A stretch of DNA of 64,000 bases, from contig OX597814.1 of the NCBI GenBank assembly GCA_951406725.2, forward strand, positions 54,870,001 through 54,934,000. Reading direction: 5' to 3'. Positions within the stretch are counted from its first letter, which is position 1. The number at the start of each line of letters is the position of its first letter. Of the stretch, positions 60,270 through 64,000 are shown piece after piece. A program made the position numbers and the translations under genes. Under the pieces are notes generated by a model. It saw only the letters and a list, made by a program, of their open reading frames with translations. It was not told the origin of the DNA and ran no database searches. This DNA comes from Octopus vulgaris (Eukaryota).

Positions 60270-61210
60270 TGAAGATATGTAAATTCTCAAGAATCATATT
60301 GCAAATCATTGTATCTTGCAAATCATTTGGACTCAGCGTTAGCCTCTGTAAGACTGTTGTAATGTTCCAGCCTGCTTCCGGAAACACATATGTGGAACAT
60401 TTTTTCTTAGTTGAAGGTACAGTGCTGAAAGTGATAAACAAATTTGTCTGGGGTGCGCTCTCAGCTGTTTTTGCACATTATATGATGCAATATCTTTAAG
60501 GATTCAGAAGACAACTGATTTCTTCAGGGCTCTTGAGTCCCATGTCCGGTCCTAACATAGCCTTAACAAAAGTTGCTGTGTATCATGCGTGTGTGCAGAC
60601 ATCATTCCTGTACTCATATAGGACATGGACCCTTTAGAGGCATGAAGTAAGGATTCTAGAACGCTTCCATCAGAGTTGTTTGAGAACGCATTCTGGATGT
60701 TGGCTGGTCCTTGTGGACTCCAGATACAGGTGTATTGTGCTACCGAGGTCCCTGAGTATTGAAGCGATGGCGCACAAGCACAGTTTACGTTCGAAAAGAT
60801 ACCTTGTTCTGATGAATGATCGGACAATCCCAAAACAAATGCCATATTGCGAAGTTGCTTGAGGAAATGGCCTCTGGCGGAAACCAAGACGGTTTAAGGA
60901 TTCTATAAAGTCCTCGTTGAAGGTATATGAGATCTGGAAAATCAATGATTGTCATCGCCACCAATGTAAGAAATAAGTAAGGGAAGGAGTAGGTTTTTGC
61001 GAAAAAATGCGTTTTTAATGTAGAATTTAAGCGAGCTGCCCGAGAACGTACTGTCCAGTGTAGTGAATAAGAGAAGTTTGGTTTGCGAACCAGTATGTTA
61101 ATCAAGAAGTGGGCTCTTATGTCCCCAGCGGAGCAACAAGTGTAAAGTATAAAGTTGTCTAAGTGCACTGTGTTCTTAATGGCCAGCGGTGGTCTTCCTT
61201 GGTGACGAGT
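60270..61210 (+). mobile_element. Decayed RTE-clade LINE (RT thumb to 3' region)
   Basis: FGLSVSLCKTVVMFQP...LKVINKF, LERFHQSCLR, MNDRTIPKQMPYCE, and RFKDSIKSSLK. Multiple disablements. Confidence 0.75.
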
Positions 61211-61849
61211 GGACACCCATGTATGTATGTATGTATGTATGTATGTATGTATGTATGTATGTATGTATGTATGTATGTATGTATGTATGTATGTATGTAT
61301 GTATGCATGTATGCATGTATGTATGCATGCATGTATGTATGTATGTATGTATGTATGTATGTATGTATGTATGTATGTATGATGAACTCTATCGTCGATG
61401 TCGATGTATAAGCGTCCAATTGTTCGTTCAGCTGGACGACCCACTCATTAAAGGCTGAATTAACGTCAGACGTGGCTGAATATTCCACAGACGTGTACCC
61501 TTAGTATAAAACCAGCATGGCAAGGAGTGACAAAGATGAACTTTTGAATCACTGGTTCATTCCATCCAGCGGAAGACAGTTGTCTTCTATCTAAATTCAC
61601 TTACAAGGTTTGAGTCGATCAGAAGTTATGATAACGACACATGTCTAAAACGTCACGCTGTAGTATCAATATATGATTATATTGTTGTGAAATGTACTTA
61701 TTGACCATTTAATCATTCCTGAGTTCAATTACACAGTGCACCCCACACACAAACACACACACACACATACATGTACACGCTTCTACGTGTTTGTAAAGTC
61801 GGTACTAACATATACTTTAGGTAAATCTCGGTAAAACCAACCCCATCAA

Positions 61850-61887
<38 letters not shown>

Positions 61888-61930
61888 CTGTATGTTTATA
61901 TAAATATATATACATACATACATACATACA

Positions 61931-61966
<36 letters not shown>

Positions 61967-62005
61967 CATAATCCATACTTATGTATATGTGTGTGTGTGT
62001 GCATG

Positions 62006-62041
<36 letters not shown>

Positions 62042-62974
62042 AACAGATGGATAGACAGAAAGAGCTAGCAAAACACATGGAGAGAGTGAGTGAAATGTAA
62101 ACCGATTCTTAGTTTCGATGCTTTACTAGAAAATTAATACCGCGATATTTATTCTACATTTATTCAAAATATTTATAATCAATGGGGGTAACCAACTGAA
62201 ATTATTCCTCCCGTAGAAATTTTCCATGAATCGGTGCCAAGATAAATATCAATGATGTGCATGCTGAGAAGTAACAAAAACTAGTTCCACTTTAATTTGA
62301 AATCCACTCCAGTACTCACAATGGAGATGAAGAGGCTCGATGATGGATGAAGTGGGTGAAATTGCTTCAAAGTAGCATCTGTCATTTCCTGCTATTGTTC
62401 TACTATCTGGAACGGTAATCATTGCATTGTTACTCTAAAGATAGACTGCTTGCTCTATCATGTCACCATCGTAACCATCTCCATCGTAGCTGCCAGTTAT
62501 CACAGTATGAATACTACTAGCTGTTATAATTGCGCCTAAAAGTATTAGACATGCTAAACTGACAAAAATACAAAAACCTGGTGGTGGTTATGGGTTTCCG
62601 TCACTCAGCGATGTAAATTAGATTGTTCGGTCAACTGAATAACCCTTCATGAGCATTCCACAGACACGTGTGCCCTTAGAGTAATTCTCAAACAGCATCA
62701 GTGAGACATAGTGTGTGACAAGGATGCATCTTTTGAATCGACATTTGCTCAAAGCGCCACGAAGTGAGATGAAACCAGGACTTCGTTGTTGTGAAGCGAA
62801 TTTCTAAGTCATTCGGCCATATTATACTCACTAAACTGCAAGAAATACACTGTTATTAAGCTAGTTGTTATTGTGTAGATTTTGGAATACTTGGATTCAT
62901 TGTTTGAGAAAATTAATCTTGTTTTCTTCTGTTCTAAATAGTTGCTATATTTTATGGATATCGATGAACTATTT

Positions 62975-63275
62975 TAAGCAGAACGTCAACCTAGACATCT
63001 GGGAAATGCAGGCAAAGAACTGTCCTGCCTGGTGAAGCTGCACCAACGGAAGTGCCACCTCTTACGAGCAGAACAGAATTGCAGGAGCACATAGAAAACG
63101 TGAGCTGCACAAGTCCAGAGCCAACTCCTTGGCCTTTAGTCCCAGCAAACCACCAGTGACCGACCTGCAACAGAGTCTTTCGAGCAAGCATCGGACTGAT
63201 CGGCCACAACCAGAGGCACCGTTACATATCTTCCTGGTGATATCCTTGATCATCGTTGACAACGATGAACGAACG
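62975..63275 (+). mobile_element. RTE LINE 3' end
   Basis: NLDIWEMQAKNCPAW*...YEQNRIAGAHRKRELHKSR...PTCNRVFRASIGLIGHNQRH (decayed C2H2), then the hairpin tail catcgttgacaacgatgaacgaac. Confidence 0.75.
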
Positions 63276-63296
63276 TTATATTTTTGTTGTGGTTGT

Positions 63297-63440
<144 letters not shown>

Positions 63441-63761
63441 AAGCCAGCCAACGAGACAGACAGACACTACTGTGATGGTGATAATGATAAAAAAACAAAA
63501 ATAACAATAATAAGATACTGCTGTGACTACACATAAAACAATATCATTGATAATGATGGTGGTGATGGTGATGGTGATGATGATAATGATGATGGTAATG
63601 GTGGTGATAATGATGATAGTGATGGTAATGGTGATGATAATAACAATAATAAGCCAACTACGGCTGCTATAATGGTACGATTATAATTGTAACGGCAATG
63701 ATGGCCTTCTCCCCAAGAGCCAATCAAAGCTAAAAAATGATAACATTATCGTAGCACCAAA

Positions 63762-64000
63762 ATGTTTTTGGAAACTAAAAGGAAAACTAAATCAGTATAC
63801 CAAATCGCTTGTCCTATGGTTAATCTGGAAGCGCGTCCCCCAGGGAAGAGCCAGCCTGGGATCGAAAAGTCATCAACTGGCACAAACTCTTCTCCGAATA
63901 CGGACATGGATGGTCACTTGAACGGGAAATCCCCCAACTCGAGCCCTCCAAGTTCACCACCACAACCACCACAGAAAGAAAAATGTAAGCGGAACAAATG
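63762..64000 (+). CDS. Open ORF running off the window; possible N-terminus of an R4/Dong-like element
   Basis: 79 stop-free codons: MFLETKRKTKSVYQIACPMVNLEARPPGK...PPQPPQKEKCKRNK, plus a partial TG codon. Lies downstream of AAT/GAT tracts in the polarity used by the Dong-like copies. Confidence 0.4.
   Translation, partial: MFLETKRKTKSVYQIACPMVNLEARPPGKSQPGIEKSSTGTNSSPNTDMDGHLNGKSPNSSPPSSPPQPPQKEKCKRNK

Noticed and set aside
62975-63240. Host exon (GC-richer, codon-like)
   Set aside because: Better explained as an RTE C-terminus with a stop and a frameshift.

Overview
Eukaryotic, AT-rich DNA saturated with microsatellites and transposon remnants. I found no supportable host-gene exon. The SINE and repeat families look like those of an octopod cephalopod (my inference from the sequence, not a database match). 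Main contents: (i) a ~12 kb (TAA)n hotspot at 7.1-18.9 kb with several 5'-truncated R4/Dong-like RLE non-LTR retrotransposons and two copies of a non-coding TAA-flanked element; (ii) a further Dong-like copy with RT at 47.5-49.6 kb, nested inside a tRNA-headed SINE that carries an intact-looking minimal hammerhead ribozyme; (iii) several other hammerhead-bearing, retrozyme/Penelope-like non-coding repeats near a Penelope GIY-YIG remnant; (iv) a decayed Tx1/L1 element that shares its 3' tail with an adjacent SINE; (v) Tc1, mariner, Chapaev3-like, Helitron, Helentron/HINE-like and RTE remnants, plus three tRNA-SINE families. Most ORFs in the supplied track are microsatellite artefacts. All folds and identities were judged by eye.
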